Assembly (NCBI GenBank): GCA_951406725.2
Contig: OX597832.1
Coordinates: 41,354,001-41,418,000 of the forward strand
Source: Octopus vulgaris
Taxonomy: Eukaryota
Direction: 5' to 3'
Length of the DNA: 64,000 nt
Numbering within the stretch: position 1 is the stretch's first letter; each line of letters begins with the position of its first letter. A program made the translations under genes and the position numbers. The notes under the pieces were generated by a model, which worked only from the letters and a program-made list of their open reading frames with translations, was not told the DNA's origin and ran no database searches. Below are positions 1 to 64,000 of the stretch, piece after piece.

Positions 1-220
1 TTAAGCATTTTGTCTGATATGCTAAAGATTTTGCCAACTTACTGCATTAATAATAACCCTTTCTACTATAGGCATAAGGCTTGAGATTTTGGTGGGGGAA
101 GGGCTAGTCAATTGCATCAACCCCAGTGCTCAACTGGTACTTATTTTATCAACTCTGAAAGGATGATAACAAAGTTGACCTTGGTGACATTTGAACTCAG
201 AACATAAAGGCAAAGGAAAT

Positions 221-500
221 GTCAATACAACCATGACTGATATCCAATCTACAGTGGAGAAGGCTAGCCACTGGATTTGGTTAAAAAGAGACGATGAGCG
301 ATGGTTAGAAGTATATTGAGTTCTTCATAACCAGCTGATCTTGCAAGCGGGGCCTCATATCAGTGAGTGGGGCCGGTGCGCATTGATGCCGTCGAGAGGT
401 AGGCCCTGAAACGGCGCGCATTCTCTCCTGATGACCCCATACACTTGCTAGCTTCCGGTATACGAAGCTTTTAACTGGTAGCACTTGCATGTGCAAGTTG
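221..500 (+). mobile_element. 3' fragment of a restriction-like-endonuclease non-LTR retrotransposon (Hero-like)
   Basis: 233-319 encodes MTDIQSTVEKASHWIWLKRDDERWLEVY*, similar to the EKASxWLWLKR C-terminus of Hero-type elements. It is followed by a GC-rich UTR and interrupts a SINE. Boundaries approximate. Confidence 0.6.
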
Positions 501-1119
501 TTTGCAAGACATTCTGCCAGTCACCACCTAAATAATAATAGTAGTAGTAGTAGTAGTAATGACAACAAGAGTGGTTTCAAATTTTGGCACAAGGCCAGCA
601 ATTTTAATGGGAGCAGGTTAATCTGTAATGTTCAACTGTAACATTCAACTGATACTTATTTTATTGACCCTGAAAAGTTGAAAGGGTTAAGGTTAAAGGT
701 AAAGTCAACCTTGGCAAAATTTGAACACAGAACGCAAAGAGTCAGAAGAAGTACCCCTAGGCATTTTGTCCAATGTTTTAACAATTCTGTCAGATCACTG
801 TCTTAATAATAACCATTGTCATCATCATCATCATCGTTTAACACGCGTTTTCCATGCTGGCATGGGTTGGATGGTTTGGCAAGCACTGGCAAGGCTAGGG
901 GCTGCACCAAGTTCCGTAGTCTGTTTTAGCATGGTTTCTACAGCTGGATGCCCTTCCGAAAGCCAACCACTTTACAGAGTGTACTGGGTGCTTTTTATGC
1001 TCCACCAGCACCCACACCAATGCTTTTTATGTGGCACTTTGGTTTTAGGATATAATAATAACAACAATAGCAATAATAAACCAAAAAGTAAAATAAAAAA
1101 ATGTGTTCCGTTGTACCTA

Positions 1120-62202
<61,083 letters not shown>

Positions 62203-62940
62203 CTGGCAGTGGGAGCGAAATGAAATCAAGTCAGAGAGAAAAAAACAAAACCAAGCCGAAAAAAAATAAAAATAATAATAATAATAACAAAAAAACAGAA
62301 ATAAATAAAAATAAAAAAACAAATCAATAAATAAAAAGGAAATAAACGAAAAAATAAAAATAAAATAAGAAATAAAAATGAAATAAAATGAAAAACTTAG
62401 AAGAAAGAAAAATACTACAAAACTTAAAAGAAATAATAATCATATATATTTATATATATAATAAAAAAACATAAAAGATTAAATAAATCAAACAACTGCA
62501 AGCAAGGAGCAAAATAAAATAAAATAAAATAAAATAAAATGAAATAAAATAAGATATAAAATAGATTATGATGGGATGAAAGAAGTGTACTAGTAAAAGT
62601 ACCAAAGAGAAGACTATATGGAGGGTGAGTTTGGTGTTGTCTGAATGGAATGGTCTTTAGGTCAATGAGAAAGAATTAGTAAGATGAAGAGAGGGATGTA
62701 AGATGAAGAGCCTAGTCTAAGACCACATTAGTGGTGATGGTCAACAACAGGGAGATGAGTTCGTTAGAAGACACTTGCCCAAGTTACTATGCAACAGGAT
62801 TGGTCCCAGAACTGTGTGTTTGCCAACAGAACTGCTAAACCAAATGCCTGTGCCTATATATGTTGCTGACATCATGAGAATTTAGAAAGTTCAAGAGAAT
62901 GTGAAATAATTCATTTATTTTATATATTTTTTTTTTTTTG

Positions 62941-63260
62941 GAAATGATGAGACTTGAAGCGGATAAAGCTATAATAATAGTGAGTAAATATTGGGTTAAA
63001 AAGCACTTTGGATAGAAAAAGTCAAAGGCTGCCTGTGAAACTTGAACCCACATCTCCTATAAACATGACAGATGTTCTACCATTGGACAGATGCAATCCC
63101 ATCCTTTTTTAGGAACTTTGAGAGAATGTAAAACAATGCATGTTTACAGATGTGGGTTTGAGTCCTATGGTTAGCCTTCAACTTTTTCGATCCAAAGGGT
63201 TTTTAACCAATATTTACACACTATTCTTTATAGCATTATCTGCTTCAAGTTTCACCATTC
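62941..63260. repeat. Foldback element with ~125-bp imperfect inverted arms
   Basis: atgatgagacttgaagcggataaagctata...acccacatc versus gatgtgggt...tatagcattatctgcttcaagtttcaccat. Confidence 0.7.
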
Positions 63261-63709
63261 TAGAAAATACAAAAGGAATTTTATATATGCGTGTGTGTGT
63301 GTGTGTGTGAGTTCACATTTGTAATTTCACAATCCTGTATAAACCCCCAGGGCAAATTAAGGGGAAGCAAATAAAAGATATAGAAACATTCCCTTTAGAT
63401 CTGTCAATAACTGGAAAACTGTGGCTTAGTTCCTTCTAAATCTCAAAAGTACAAAATATTAATTTCACAGCTGAAATTCAGTGTAGGCCAAAGAGCAAGA
63501 ACCTGTATGTCTTGAAATTACAAACTACATCATATAAACAGCCCACCTGTTTTGAGGTCGAAGGCAAGTTTGATGGAATTCAGCCACAGATAAACATTCA
63601 TCCATTCTTACTTAAAGTAGATGGATAACCAAAGAATACTATCTACCTGTCTTTCAGTTAATCAATGAATTAATCTATATATTCATCGAAATATATTTGA
63701 TCATTATCT

Positions 63710-64000
63710 ATCATCTTGTGACGCACCTGGACACATAGGGATGTTACCTTGGGTCACTGGGTATTCTGGGTCTTTCAACAATCGGACAGCTTCATGGGAT
63801 GACCCAGCTAGGGTTGATCAGGTTTCGGCTTCTGTCCAGTTAGCCCTACCCCACCAGAGCTCACACCTCTTGATCCACAATCACCTTGAAGCAATCTTGG
63901 CAACCACTGTGAGACAAATTGATGGCCTTCTGCCTTCTGGCTCCTATGATACCCAGCATTGTCAGAGGCTCTGCAGAGGGACTGGCCAGAGTATCCCACT
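63710..64000 (-). mobile_element. Decayed Hero-like non-LTR retrotransposon 3' end
   Basis: Minus strand encodes GYSGQSLCRA...ASR*LWIKR, followed by UTR ctgatcaaccctagctgggtc...ttgaaagaccc. Confidence 0.6.

Overview
Eukaryotic, AT-rich, repeat-dense genomic DNA, most likely a coleoid cephalopod (Octopus-like tRNA-derived SINEs and very long microsatellites; the taxon is inferred). The whole window lies inside one minus-strand gene, the sodium leak channel NALCN. I traced 21 GT-AG exons by hand with consistent phases, from the domain II pore loop to domain IV S5 (about 816-820 aa per isoform); both gene ends lie outside the window. The domain II pore exon is present twice: QEGW at 62056-62202 and QKGW at 53386-53520. 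Domain III is fixed as LEGW, so the gene probably makes EEEE or EKEE selectivity filters. The most unusual object fills the 11.3-kb intron after the domain III pore exon. It comprises 2.1 kb of (TA)n, a short terminal module with a minimal hammerhead-ribozyme fold, a 5.2-kb CpG-rich array of about 235 22-bp units each carrying the NRF1-type palindrome TGCGCATGCGC(A/G), and a 5'-truncated APE+RT LINE whose 3' tail is shared with local SINEs. Other introns hold a solo LTR, mariner/Tc1, hAT and Helitron-type elements, Penelope, Hero, CR1 and R4-like remnants, and several foldback hairpins. Almost all ORFs in the supplied track are artefacts of repeats.
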